A DNA stretch of 64,000 nucleotides from Gordius albopunctatus (taxonomy: Eukaryota), in the NCBI GenBank assembly GCA_964276515.1, contig OZ193910.1, forward strand, positions 7,936,001 through 8,000,000. Reading direction: 5' to 3'. The position numbers were made by a program, and so were the translations under genes. This document shows, piece by piece, positions 27,501 to 39,114 of this stretch. Each line of letters begins with the position of its first letter. Within the stretch, counting starts at the first letter, position 1. Below the pieces are notes generated by a model. The model saw only the letters and a program-made list of their open reading frames with translations. It made no database searches and had not been told where the DNA came from.

Positions 27501-30500
27501 ATCGTGATTTAGAGTTAATAATTTTTGATGACTGATCAAAAAAATGTTTTTCAAGCAATTCACCTGTTATACCGAAAACTTTCATGAGAGCTATATGGTT
27601 GAACAAAAAAATTGAAAAAATTTTGAGGTCGAAAAAAATATTATTTTTCAAATTCTTTCGAAAGGATGATGAAAAAATCTTTAAAAGTTAGTAAATATTC
27701 TTAGCATTTTGTCCTTGTTAGAATATTGATAGAAATTTATGCGTGGGGGGATGTTTTAGATTGAGAGAAATTAAAATTTAGGTGTTGCGTTTATATTGTT
27801 TCAATATCGCTTTATAAGCGTGTCTCTAGTTTTAGTGAAACAAGCTCTATGCGATCGTGATTTAGAGATAATAATTTTTGACGACTGATCAAAAAAATGT
27901 TTTTAAAGGAATTCACCTCTTATACCGAAAACTTTCATGAGAGCTATATGGTTGAACAAAAAAATAGAAAAAATTTTGAGGTCGAAAAAATATTATTTTT
28001 TTCATATTTTTTCGAAAGGGAGATGAAAAAATCTTTAAAAGTTAGTAAATATTCTTAGCATTTTGTCCTTGTTAGAATCTTGATAGGAATTTATCCTTGG
28101 GGGGATGTTTGAGATTGAGAGAAATTAAAATTTTCGTGTTGCGTTTATATTGTTTCAATATCGCTTTATAAACGTGTCTCTAGTTTTAGTGAAACAAGCT
28201 CTATGCGATCGTGATTTAGAGTTAATAATTTTTGATGACTGATCAAAAAAATGTTTTTCAAGGAATTCACCTCTTATACCGAAAACTTTCATGAGAGCTA
28301 TATGGTTGAACAAAAAAATTGAAAAAATTTTGAGGTCGAAAAAATTATTATTTTTCATATTCTTTCGAAAGGGAGATGAAAAAATCTTTAAAAGTTAGTA
28401 AATATTCTTAGCATATTGTCCTCGTTAGAATCTTGATAGGAATTTATGCGTGGGGGGATGTTTTAGATTGAGAGAAATTAAAATTTTCGTGCTGCGTTTA
28501 GTTTGTTTCAATATCGCTTTATAAGCGTGTCTCTAGTTTTAGTGAAACAAGCTCTATGCGATCGTGATTTACAGTTAATAATTTTTGATGACTGATCAAA
28601 AAAATGTTTTTCAAGGAATTCACCTCTTATACCGAAAACTTTCATGAGAGCTATATGGTTGAACAAAAAAATTGAAAAAATTTTGAGGTCGAAAAAAATA
28701 TTGTTTTTCAAATTCTTTCGAAAGGGAGATGAAAAAATCTTTAAAAGTTAGTAAATATTCTTAGAATTTTGTCCTTGTTAGAATCTTGATAGGAATTTTT
28801 GCGTTGGCGATGTTTGAGATTGAGAGAAAATAAAATTTTCGTGCTGCGTTTAGTTTGTTTCAATATCGCTTTATAAGCGTGTCTCTAGTTTTAGTGAAAC
28901 AAGCTCTATGCGATCGTGATTTACAGTTAATAATTTTTGATGACTGATCAAAAAAATGTTTTTCAAGGAATTCACCTCTTATACCGAAAACTTTCATGAG
29001 AGCTATATGGTTGAACAAAAAAATTGAAAAAATTTTGAGGTCGAAAAAATTATTATTTTTCATATTCTTTCGAAAGGGAGATGAAAAAATCTTTAAAAGT
29101 TAGTAAATATTCTTAGCATTTTGTCCTTGTTAGAATCTTAAGGAATATATGCGTGGGGGGATGTTTGAGATTGAGAGAAATTAAAATTTTCGTGTTACGT
29201 TTATATTGTTTCAATATCGCTTTATAAGCGTGTCTCTAGTTTTAGTGAAACAAGCTCTATGCGATCGTGATTTAGAGTTAATAATTTTTGATGACTGATC
29301 AAAAAAATGTTTTTCAAGGAATTCACCTCTTATACCGAAAACTTTCATGAGAGCTATATGGTTGAACAAAAAAATTGAAAAAATTTTGAGGTCGAAAAAA
29401 TTATTATTTTTCATATTCTTTCGAAAGGGAGATGAAAAAATCTTTAAAAGTTAGTAAATATTCTTAGCATTTTGTCCTTGTTAGAATCTTGATAGGAATT
29501 TATCCTTGGGGGGATGTTTGAGATTGAGAGAAATTAAAATTTTCGTGTTGCGTTTATATTGTTTCAATATCGCTTTATAAGCGTGTCTCTAGTTTTAGTG
29601 AAACAAGCTCTATGCGATCGTGATTTAGAGTTAATAATTTTTGATGACTGATCAAAAAAATGTTTTTCAAGGAATTCACCTCTTATACCGAAAACTTTCA
29701 TGAGAGCTATATGGTTGAACAAAAAAATTGAAAAAATTTTGAGGTCGAAAAAATTATTATTTTTCATATTCTTTCGAAAGGGAGATGAAAAAATCTTTAA
29801 AAGTTAGTAAATATTCTTAGCATTTTGTCCTCGTTAGAATCTTGATATGAATTTATGCGTGGGGGGATGTTTGAGATTGAGAGAAATTAAAATTTTCGTG
29901 CTGCGTTTAGTTTGTTTCAATAACAAGCTCTATGCGATCGTGATTTACAGTTAATAATTTTTGATGACTGATCAAAAAAATGTTTTTCAAGGAATTCACC
30001 TCTTATACCGAAAACTTTCATGAGAGCTATATGGTTGAACAAAAAAATTGAAAAAATTTTGAGGTCGAAAAAATTATTATTTTTCATATTCTTTCGAAAG
30101 GGAGATGAAAAAATCTTTAAAAGTTAGTAAATATTCTTAGCATTTTGTCCTTGTTAGAATCTTGATAGGAATATATGCGTGGGGGGATGTTTGAGATTGA
30201 GAGAAATTAAAATTTTCGTGCTGCGTTTAGTTTGTTTCAATATCGCTTTATAAGCGTGTCTCTAGTTTTAGTGAAACAAGCTCTATGCGATCGTGATTTA
30301 CAGTTAATAATTTTTGATGACTGATCAAAAAAATGTTTTTCAAGGAATTCACCTCTTATACCGAAAACTTTCATGAGAGCTATATGGTTGAACAAAAAAA
30401 TTGAAAAAATTTTGAGGTCGAAAAAATTATTATTTTTCATATTCTTTCGAAAGGGAGATGAAAAAATCTTTAAAAGTTAGTAAATATTCTTAGCATTTTG

Positions 30501-33500
30501 TCCTTGTTAGAATCTTGATAGGAATATATGCGTGGGGGGATGTTTGAGATTGAGAGAAATTAAAATTTTCGTGTTACGTTTATATTGTTTCAATATCGCT
30601 TTATAAGCGTGTCTCTAGTTTTAGTGAAACAAGCTCTATGCGATCGTGATTTAGAGTTAATAATTTTTGATGACTGATCAAAAAAATGTTTTTCAAGGAA
30701 TTCACCTCTTATACCGAAAACTTTCATGAGAGCTATATGGTTGAACAAAAAAATTGAAAAAATTTTGAGGTCGAAAAAATTATTATTTTTCATATTCTTT
30801 CGAAAGGGAGATGAAAAAATCTTTAAAAGTTAGTAAATATTTTTAGCATATTGTCCTCGTTAGAATCTTGATAGGAATTTATGCGTGGGGGGATGTTTGA
30901 GATTGAGAGAAATTAAAATTTTCGTGCTGCGTTTAGTTTGTTTCAATATCGCTTTATACGCGTGTCTCTAGTTTTAGTGAAACAAGCTCTATGCGATCGT
31001 GATTTACAGTTTATAATTTTTGATGACTGATCAAAAAAATGTTTTTCAATGAATTCACCTCTTATACCGAAAACTTTCATGAGAGCTATATGGTTGAACA
31101 AAAAAATTGAAAAAATTTTGAGGTCGAAAAAAATATTATTTTTCAAATTCTTTCGAAAGGGAGATGAAAAAATCTTTAAAAGTTAGTAAATATTCTTAGC
31201 ATTTTGTCCTTGTTAGAATCTTGACAGAAATTTAGGCGTGGGGGGATGTTTTAGATTGAGAGAAATTAAAATTTAGGTGTTGCGTTTATATTGTTTCAAT
31301 ATCGCTTTATAAGCGTGTCTCTAGTTTTAGTTAAACAAGCTCTATGCGATCGTGATTTAGAGTTAATAATTTTTGATGACTGATCAAAAAAATGTTTTTC
31401 AATGAATTCACCTCTTATACCGAAAACTTTCATGAGAGCTATATGGTTGAACAAAAAAATTGAAAAAATTTTGAGGTCGAAAAAATTATTATTTTTCATA
31501 TTCTTTCGAAAGGGAGATGAAAAAATCTTTAAAAGTTAGTAAATATTCTTAGCATTTTGTCCTTGTTAGAATCTTGATAGGAATTTATCCTTGGGGGGAT
31601 GTTTGAGATTGAGAGAAATTAAAATTTTCGTGTTGCGTTTATATTGTTTCAATATCGCTTTATAAGCGTGTCTCTAGTTTTAGTGAAACAAGCTCTATGC
31701 GATCGTGATTTAGAGTTAATAATTTTTGATGACTGATCAAAAAAATGTTTTTCAAGGAATTCACCTCTTATACCGAAAACTTTCATGAGAGCTATATGGT
31801 TGAACAAAAAAATTGAAAAAATTTTGAGGTCGAAAAAATTATTATTTTTCATATTCTTTCGAAAGGGAGATGAAAAAATCTTTAAAAGTTAGTAAATATT
31901 CTTAGCATATTGTCCTCGTTAGAATCTTGATAGGAATTTATGCGTGGGGGGATGTTTTAGATTGAGAGAAATTAAAATTTTCGTGCTGCGTTTAGTTTGT
32001 TTCAATATCGCTTTATAAGCGTGTCTCTAGTTTTAGTGAAACAAGCTCTATGCGATCGTGATTTACAGTTAATAATTTTTGATGACTGATCAAAAAAATG
32101 TTTTTCAATGAATTCACCTCTTATACCGAAAACTTTCATGAGAGCTATATGGTTGAACAAAAAAATTGAAAAAATTTTGAGGTCGAAAAAAATATTATTT
32201 TTCATATTCTTTCGAAAGGGAGATGAAAAAATCTTTAAAAGTTAGTAAATATTCTTAGCATTTTGTCCTTGTTAGAATCTTGACAGAAATTTAGGCGTGG
32301 GGGGATGTTTGAGATTGAGAGAAATTAAAATTTTCGTGCTGCGTTTAGTTTGTTTCAATATCGCTTTATAAGCGTGTCTCTAGTTTTAGTGAAACAAGCT
32401 CTATGCGATCGTGATTTAGAGTTAATAATTTTTGATGACTGATCAAAAAAATGTTTTTCAAGGAATTCACCTCTTATACCGAAAACTTTCATGAGAGCTA
32501 TATGGTTGAACAAAAAAATTGAAAAAATTTTGAGGTCGAAAAAAATATTATTTTTCATATTCTTTCGAAAGGGAGATGAAAAAATCTTTAAAAGTTAGTA
32601 AATATTCTTAGCATTTTGTCCTTGTTAGAATCTTGACAGAAATTTAGGCGTGGGGGGATGTTTGAGATTGAGAGAAATTAAAATTTAGGTGTTGCGTTTA
32701 TATTGTTTCAATATCGCTTTATACGCGTGTCTCTAGTTTTAGTGAAACAAGCTCTATGCGATCGTGATTTACAGTTAATAATTTTTGATGACTGATCAAA
32801 AAAATGTTTTTCAATGAATTCACCTCTTATACCGAAAACTTTCATGAGAGCTATATGGTTGAACAAAAAAATTGAAAAAATTTTGAGGTCGAAAAAATTA
32901 TTATTTTTCATATTCTTTCGAAAGGGAGATGAAAAAATCTTTAAAAGTTAGTAAATATTCTTAGCATTTTGTCCTTGTTAGAATCTTGATAGGAATATAT
33001 GCGTGGGGGGATGTTTGAGATTGAGAGAAATTAAAATTTTCGTGTTACGTTTATATTGTTTCAATATCGCTTTATAAGCGTGTCTCTAGTTTTAGTGAAA
33101 CAAGCTCTATGCGATCGTGATTTAGAGTTAATAATTTTTGATGACTGATCAAAAAAATGTTTTTCAAGGAATTCACCTCTTATACCGAAAACTTTCATGA
33201 GAGCTATATGGTTGAACAAAAAAATTGAAAAAATTTTGAGGTCGAAAAAATTATTATTTTTCATATTCTTTCGAAAGGGAGATGAAAAAATCTTTAAAAG
33301 TTAGTAAATATTTTTAGCATATTGTCCTCGTTAGAATCTTGATAGGAATTTATGCGTGGGGGGATGTTTGAGATTGAGAGAAATTAAAATTTTCGTGCTG
33401 CGTTTAGTTTGTTTCAATATCGCTTTATACGCGTGTCTCTAGTTTTAGTGAAACAAGCTCTATGCGATCGTGATTTACAGTTAATAATTTTTGATGACTG

Positions 33501-36500
33501 ATCAAAAAAATGTTTTTCAATGAATTCACCTCTTATACCGAAAACTTTCATGAGAGCTATATGGTTGAACAAAAAAATTGAAAAAATTTTGAGGTCGAAA
33601 AAAATATTATTTTTCAAATTCTTTCGAAAGGGAGATGAAAAAATCTTTAAAAGTTAGTAAATATTCTTAGCATTTTGTCCTTGTTAGAATCTTGACAGAA
33701 ATTTAGGCGTGGGGGGATGTTTTAGATTGAAAGAAATTAAAATTTAGGTGTTGCGTTTATATTGTTTCAATATCGCTTTATAAGCGTGTCTCTAGTTTTA
33801 GTGAAACAAGCTCTATGCGATCGTGATTTAGAGTTAATAATTTTTGATGACTGATCAAAAAAATGTTTTTCAATGAATTCACCTCTTATACCGAAAACTT
33901 TCATGAGAGCTATATGGTTGAACAAAAAAATTGAAAAAATTTTGAGGTCGAAAAAATTATTATTTTTCATATTCTTTCGAAAGGGAGATGAAAAAATCTT
34001 TAAAAGTTAGTAAATATTCTTAGCATTTTGTCCTTGTTAGAATCTTGATAGGAATTTATCCTTGGGGGGATGTTTGAGATTGAGAGAAATTAAAATTTTC
34101 GTGTTGCGTTTATATTGTTTCAATATCGCTTTATAAGCGTGTCTCTAGTTTTAGTGAAACAAGCTCTATGCGATCGTGATTTAGAGTTAATAATTTTTGA
34201 TGACTGATCAAAAAAATGTTTTTCAAGGAATTCACCTCTTATACCGAAAACTTTCATGAGAGCTATATGGTTGAACAAAAAAATTGAAAAAATTTTGAGG
34301 TCGAAAAAATTATTATTTTTCATATTCTTTCGAAAGGGAGATGAAAAAATCTTTAAAAGTTAGTAAATATTCTTAGCATATTGTCCTCGTTAGAATCTTG
34401 ATAGGAATTTATGCGTGGGGGGATGTTTTAGATTGAGAGAAATTAAAATTTTCGTGCTGCGTTTAGTTTGTTTCAATATCGCTTTATAAGCGTGTCTCTA
34501 GTTTTAGTGAAACAAGCTCTATGCGATCGTGATTTACAGTTAATAATTTTTGATGACTGATCAAAAAAATGTTTTTCAATGAATTCACCTCTTATACCGA
34601 AAACTTTCATGAGAGCTATATGGTTGAACAAAAAAATTGAAAAAATTTTGAGGTCGAAAAAAATATTATTTTTCATATTCTTTCGAAAGGGAGATGAAAA
34701 AATCTTTAAAAGTTAGTAAATATTCTTAGCATTTTGTCCTTGTTAGAATCTTGACAGAAATTTAGGCGTGGGGGGATGTTTGAGATTGAGAGAAATTAAA
34801 ATTTTCGTGCTGCGTTTAGTTTGTTTCAATATCGCTTTATAAGCGTGTCTCTAGTTTTAGTGAAACAAGCTCTATGCGATCGTGATTTAGAGTTAATAAT
34901 TTTTGATGACTGATCAAAAAAATGTTTTTCAAGGAATTCACCTCTTATACCGAAAACTTTCATGAGAGCTATATGGTTGAACAAAAAAATTGAAAAAATT
35001 TTGAGGTCGAAAAAATTATTATTTTTCATATTCTTTCGAAAGGGAGATGAAAAAATCTTTAAAAGTTAGTAAATATTCTTAGCATATTGTCCTCGTTAGA
35101 ATCTTGATAGGAATTTATGCGTGGGGGGATGTTTTAGATTGAGAGAAATTAAAATTTTCGTGCTGCGTTTAGTTTGTTTCAATATCGCTTTATAAGCGTG
35201 TCTCTAGTTTTAGTGAAACAAGCTCTATGCGATCGTGATTTACAGTTAATAATTTTTGATGACTGATCAAAAAAATGTTTTTCAAGGAATTCACCTCTTA
35301 TACCGAAAACTTTCATGAGAGCTATATGGTTGAACAAAAAAATTGAAAAAATTTTGAGGTCGAAAAAAATATTGTTTTTCAAATTCTTTCGAAAGGGAGA
35401 TGAAAAAATCTTTAAAAGTTAGTAAATATTCTTAGAATTTTGTCCTTGTTAGAATCTTGATAGGAATTTTTGCGTTGGCGATGTTTGAGATTGAGAGAAA
35501 ATAAAATTTTCGTGCTGCGTTTAGTTTGTTTCAATATCGCTTTATAAGCGTGTCTCTAGTTTTAGTGAAACAAGCTCTATGCGATCGTGATTTACAGTTA
35601 ATAATTTTTGATGACTGATCAAAAAAATGTTTTTCAAGGAATTCACCTCTTATACCGAAAACTTTCATGAGAGCTATATGGTTGAACAAAAAAATTGAAA
35701 AAATTTTGAGGTCGAAAAAATTATTATTTTTCATATTCTTTCGAAAGGGAGATGAAAAAATCTTTAAAAGTTAGTAAATATTCTTAGAATTTTGTCCTTG
35801 TTAGAATCTTGATAGGAATATATGCGTGGGGGGATGTTTGAGATTGAGAGAAATTAAAATTTTCGTGTTGCGTTTATATTGTTTCAATATCGCTTTATAA
35901 GCGTGTCTCTAGTTTTAGTGAAACAAGCTCTATGCGATCGTGATTTAGAGATAATAATTTTTGACGACTGATCAAAAAAATGTTTTTAAAGGAATTACCT
36001 CTTATACCGAAAACTTTCATGAGAGCTATATGGTTGAACAAAAAAATAGAAAAAATTTTGAGGTCGAAAAAATTATTATTTTTCATATTCTTTCGAAAGG
36101 GAGATGAAAAAATCTTTAAAAGTTAGTAAATATTCTTAGCATTTTGTCCTTGTTAGAATCTTGAAAGGAATTTATGCGTGGGGGGATGTTTTAGATTGAG
36201 AGAAATTAAAATTTAGGTGTTGCGTTTATATTGTTTCAATATCGCTTTATAAGCGTGTCTCTAGTTTTAGTGAAACAAGCTCTATGCGATCGTGATTTAG
36301 AGTTAATAATTTTTGATGACTGATCAAAAAAATGTTTTTCAAGGAATTCACCTCTTATACCGAAAACTTTCATGAGAGCTATATGGTTGAACAAAAAAAT
36401 TGAAAAAATTTTGAGGTCGAAAAAATTATTATTTTTCATATTCTTTCGAAAGGGAGATGAAAAAATCTTTAAAAGTTAGTAAATATTCTTAGCATATTGT

Positions 36501-36946
36501 CCTCGTTAGAATCTTGATAGGAATTTATGCGTGGGGGGATGTTTGAGATTGAGAGAAATTAAAATTTTCGTGCTGCGTTTATATTGTTTCAATATCGCTT
36601 TATAAGCGTGTCTCTAGTTTTAGTGAAACAAGCTCGATGCGATCGTGATTTAGAGTTAATAATTTTTGATGACTGATCAAAAAAATGTTTTTCAAGCAAT
36701 TCACCTGTTATACCGAAAACTTTCATGAGAGCTATATGGTTGAACAAAAAAATTGAAAAAATTTTGAGGTCGAAAAAAATATTATTTTTCAAATTCTTTC
36801 GAAAGGATGATGAAAAAATCTTTAAAAGTTAGTAAATATTCTTAGCATTTTGTCCTTGTTAGAATATTGATAGAAATTTATGCGTGGGGGGATGTTTTAG
36901 ATTGAGAGAAATTAAAATTTAGGTGTTGCGTTTATATTGTTTCAAT

Positions 36947-36954
36947 ATCGCTTT
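36947..36954. repeat. Left target-site duplication ATCGCTTT
   Basis: Identical to 39836-39843. Uninterrupted monomers carry this 8-mer once (TCAAT-ATCGCTTT-ATAAGCG). Confidence 0.96.
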
Positions 36955-36963
36955 TAGAGATGG
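36955..36963 (+). repeat. Terminal inverted repeat TAGAGATGG (transposase 3' end)
   Basis: Exact reverse complement of 39827-39835. Resembles the (T/C)AGGGATG start of maize Ac TIRs. Confidence 0.93.
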
Positions 36964-36968
36964 GTAAT

Positions 36969-37056
36969 TTCCCGGGAATTTTCATCGAGGGAATATTCCC
37001 AGGGAAAATAGGGAATTTTGGGGAAATAACGGGAATTTTGGGGAATTCATGGGGAA
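36969..37056. repeat. Subterminal GGGAA repeat cluster (probable transposase binding sites)
   Basis: GGGAA at 36974, 36989, 37002, 37011, 37021, 37031, 37041 and 37052. Includes palindromes TTCCCGGGAA (36969-36978) and GGGAATATTCCC (36989-37000). hAT elements are known to carry subterminal binding repeats. Confidence 0.85.
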
Positions 37057-37126
37057 AATAAATACTTTGATTGTTAATATATAGTCTTAGATGAAAAAAA
37101 GATGCTAGGGTGTAAAATGAAATGCT

Positions 37127-37139
37127 AATAAAGTTTATT
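37127..37139. terminator. Putative polyadenylation signal(s): AATAAA-G-TTTATT
   Basis: Minus-strand AATAAA (37134-37139) lies 50 nt past the transposase stop. A plus-strand AATAAA (37127-37132) sits one base away. Confidence 0.5.
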
Positions 37140-37188
37140 TCTCCAATAATACACAATATTTCATTACAAATTTACATAAAAATATACA

Positions 37189-37881
37189 TTAAAAATTGTC
37201 AATATCTAAACTGTCACTATCGTCATTTAGCGATGAAATTGATTCATCAGATGAAGATATTGAGCGCGCTTTTGCATTAAAATTGATACTACTTTTCAAG
37301 TGCATGTTGTGCCGCCTTATGGACACTAGCTTTTTCACCTTGTCGTTTTTCATTCGATTTCTTGATTTAGAATGTACATAACCAAATGTGGACCAAATTC
37401 TTTCTGTGGCAGCACTGGTAGCTGGAATTGAAAAGAGTTTCACGGCAATTTCAGATAAGGGTTGGTTAGTGCACAAGCCTTTCCACCACGTCAAGGGTGA
37501 AATGTAACTAGCGCTATCCCATATTGACCGCTCAGCAAACAACCCGTCTTTAGCACGAAATTCTGCCAAATTGGCAATAACTTGGCCTATATTGAAATTA
37601 TAGCCTTGAGAAATAATCTTGATAGCGTTAATTGCTTCAGCTATTTCTTTTGTAGTAAGGTTGACTCCACAATAACGTGGATCAAGCAAGTTAGCTGCCA
37701 TATGAAAATCCTTACAGCAAAACGATTTCCTTTTGCTCACGAATTTTTTAATAGCACTTGCATCAATTAGGCTAAATTCCTTACTAGAAATTTGGCTGAA
37801 ATGGGCTTTAATAGTATGAAATGCTTCCGGTACATCAGACAATAATCCAGAGTCACTTTCTATGCAAGTTATTTTGGTCAA
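37189..37881 (-). CDS. hAT transposase C-terminal fragment (hAT dimerisation domain, acidic/Ser tail)
   Basis: IESD, AANLLDPRY, TWWKG, LFSIPATSAATERIWSTFGYVHSKSRNRMKNDKVKKLV, tail SSSDESISSLNDDSDS. Same frame as the N-terminal ORF. Confidence 0.88.
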   Translation of the reverse strand: MTKITCIESDSGLLSDVPEAFHTIKAHFSQISSKEFSLIDASAIKKFVSKRKSFCCKDFHMAANLLDPRYCGVNLTTKEIAEAINAIKIISQGYNFNIGQVIANLAEFRAKDGLFAERSIWDSASYISPLTWWKGLCTNQPLSEIAVKLFSIPATSAATERIWSTFGYVHSKSRNRMKNDKVKKLVSIRRHNMHLKSSINFNAKARSISSSDESISSLNDDSDSLDIDNF

Positions 37882-38071
37882 AATTACATCTAAAAAAATG
37901 TAATTTTTTTATTTTCTCCCAAAAAACATCATTATCAAGCAAATTTAAACGTTTGCTTCGATCAGCAAATGTATCTGTTAAAGCTAGTTCCTGCAAAGTA
38001 TCTTTGTTTACTAGGAAACTATTAAGCATTATAACCATACCACCCCACCTTGTTGGACAGGGTATTTTCAA
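37853..38071 (-). CDS. hAT transposase middle fragment (TRW motif, insertion domain)
   Basis: KIPCPTRWGG...DVFWEKI. The frame is open upstream to ~38152 (IIKYIKFNTILSSTFKEKQCNKNRLTTL), so the TTG start in the ORF track is not a real start. Confidence 0.8.
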   Translation of the reverse strand: MKIPCPTRWGGMVIMLNSFLVNKDTLQELALTDTFADRSKRLNLLDNDVFWEKIKKLHFFRCNFDQNNLHRK

Positions 38072-38145
38072 AGTTGTGAGTCGATTTTTGTTACATTGTT
38101 TTTCTTTAAAAGTTGATGATAATATTGTATTAAATTTAATGTATT

Positions 38146-39060
38146 TTATAATTTGTTAACTTTAGCTGTATTATTTTGGATGGTAGGAATTTTGTTGGAT
38201 ATATCTTTTATTAATAAATTAAGCCCATGAGCTGCACAGCCAAAGCACTCAATTGAAGGATGTTTAGACTTAACTATTTCCCAAGCCTTCTTCATATTTT
38301 TAGCGTTGTCAGTAACTATGGCAACAAATTTTTGAGTGCCAATTTCTTCCATCACCTTTAGGAATTGATCAGCTATATAATCCCCAGTATGGGCATTCGT
38401 CCCTGTATCTATAGATTTTAAAAATATGGGTTTCGGTGTCATTATTATAAAATTGATTATGGACTCCCCCCTAATGTTTGTCCAACCATCACTAATTAAT
38501 GTAAAATTAGAACCTGATTCTAGTTTTTCATTTATAACTGCTTTGATCTTGTCAAATTGGTAATTTAGCAAAGAACCTCCTATTGCCTTTCTTGGTGGAA
38601 TTCTGAAGGATGGTTTTATAGATTTGAAAAAGTCCTTCCAATAATAATTTTCTGTTATGTTAAAGGGACAATTTGACATATAGATAGCCAGTGCAAGCTT
38701 TTCATTTAATCTTTCTTGTTGCACTGGAGTCATGCTATCGAAATATTGATTAATATTTGATGTGGATTGTTTTGAAGTGTTAAAATTTGTTGTTAACTCA
38801 GGTGTTGTTACAGTGGGGTGTTTGTGTTCTGACGCAGAAAAAGTTTTAGATGATTCTGAGGATATTGAAAAAACTTCTAGTTCTGAGCATTTTGTTTCAC
38901 TTGCATATTCTGGGCATTTTTGTATATGGATAGACATTTTTGTTGGGTTGGTGAAGTCATATTTATGGTTGCAATAGTTGCAGATGGCAATAAAGCCTTT
39001 CTTATTGGAGGATGTATGTCTACCAAAATGTTTCCAGATATCAGATGGTTTTCTAGGCAT
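38146..39060 (-). CDS. hAT transposase N-terminal fragment (BED zinc finger plus DUF659-like RNase H start), 304 aa
   Basis: MPRKPSDIWKHF..CNYC..H..C; SDGWTNIRGESIINF; VAIVTDNAKNMKKAW; GCAAHGLNL. Ends prematurely just after the first frameshift. Confidence 0.85.
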   Translation of the reverse strand: MPRKPSDIWKHFGRHTSSNKKGFIAICNYCNHKYDFTNPTKMSIHIQKCPEYASETKCSELEVFSISSESSKTFSASEHKHPTVTTPELTTNFNTSKQSTSNINQYFDSMTPVQQERLNEKLALAIYMSNCPFNITENYYWKDFFKSIKPSFRIPPRKAIGGSLLNYQFDKIKAVINEKLESGSNFTLISDGWTNIRGESIINFIIMTPKPIFLKSIDTGTNAHTGDYIADQFLKVMEEIGTQKFVAIVTDNAKNMKKAWEIVKSKHPSIECFGCAAHGLNLLIKDISNKIPTIQNNTAKVNKL

Positions 39061-39114
39061 CTTACAAGATTAAAATTTATTTAATGATTTAAAATATAGG
39101 CCAATCCAATACAG

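Larger units (their letters stand above)
1..36954. repeat. Tandem satellite array, 353-bp AT-rich monomer (left arm, ~105 monomers, head-to-tail)
   Basis: Landmarks such as TCAATATCGCTTTATAAGCG, GAATTCACCTC and CTTTCGAAAG recur every ~353 bp (e.g. 863, 1216, 1569, 1922). Length variants of 352, 354, 351, 345, 331, 325 and 320 bp arise from shared indels. The array runs off the left edge of the window. Confidence 0.99.
37189..39060 (-). pseudogene. hAT transposase, ~624 codons, split by two frameshifts as assembled
   Basis: Three ORF pieces (38146-39060, 37853-38071, 37189-37881) join into one colinear transposase. Motifs: BED finger (IWKHF..ICNYC..IHIQKC), first Asp LISDGWT, second Asp VTDNAKNM, CAAH (CxxH), CPTRWG, IESD, AANLLDPRY, and C-terminal dimerisation motif WW..LFSIPATSAATERIWS..HSKSRNRM carrying the catalytic Glu. 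No in-frame stops remain once the frame is shifted near 38152-38154 and 37892-37910. Confidence 0.9.

Noticed and set aside
1..36954. Identity with the Drosophila 1.688 (353/359-bp) satellite or another named satellite
   Set aside because: Only the length and short AT-rich words match what I recall of that family. I cannot support a family or species assignment without a database search.
36932..37156. 74-aa minus-strand ORF with FPKIP-like repeats
   Set aside because: It is the translation of the GGGAA subterminal repeats and runs across the TIR into the satellite.
37882..38145. Introns as the explanation for the split transposase ORFs
   Set aside because: The intervening sequence translates as continuous transposase-like protein after 1-2-nt shifts, so frameshifts are the simpler explanation.
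37196..38977. Plus-strand ORFs of 61, 62, 112 and 71 aa
   Set aside because: They are antisense shadows of the transposase with no independent coding signal.
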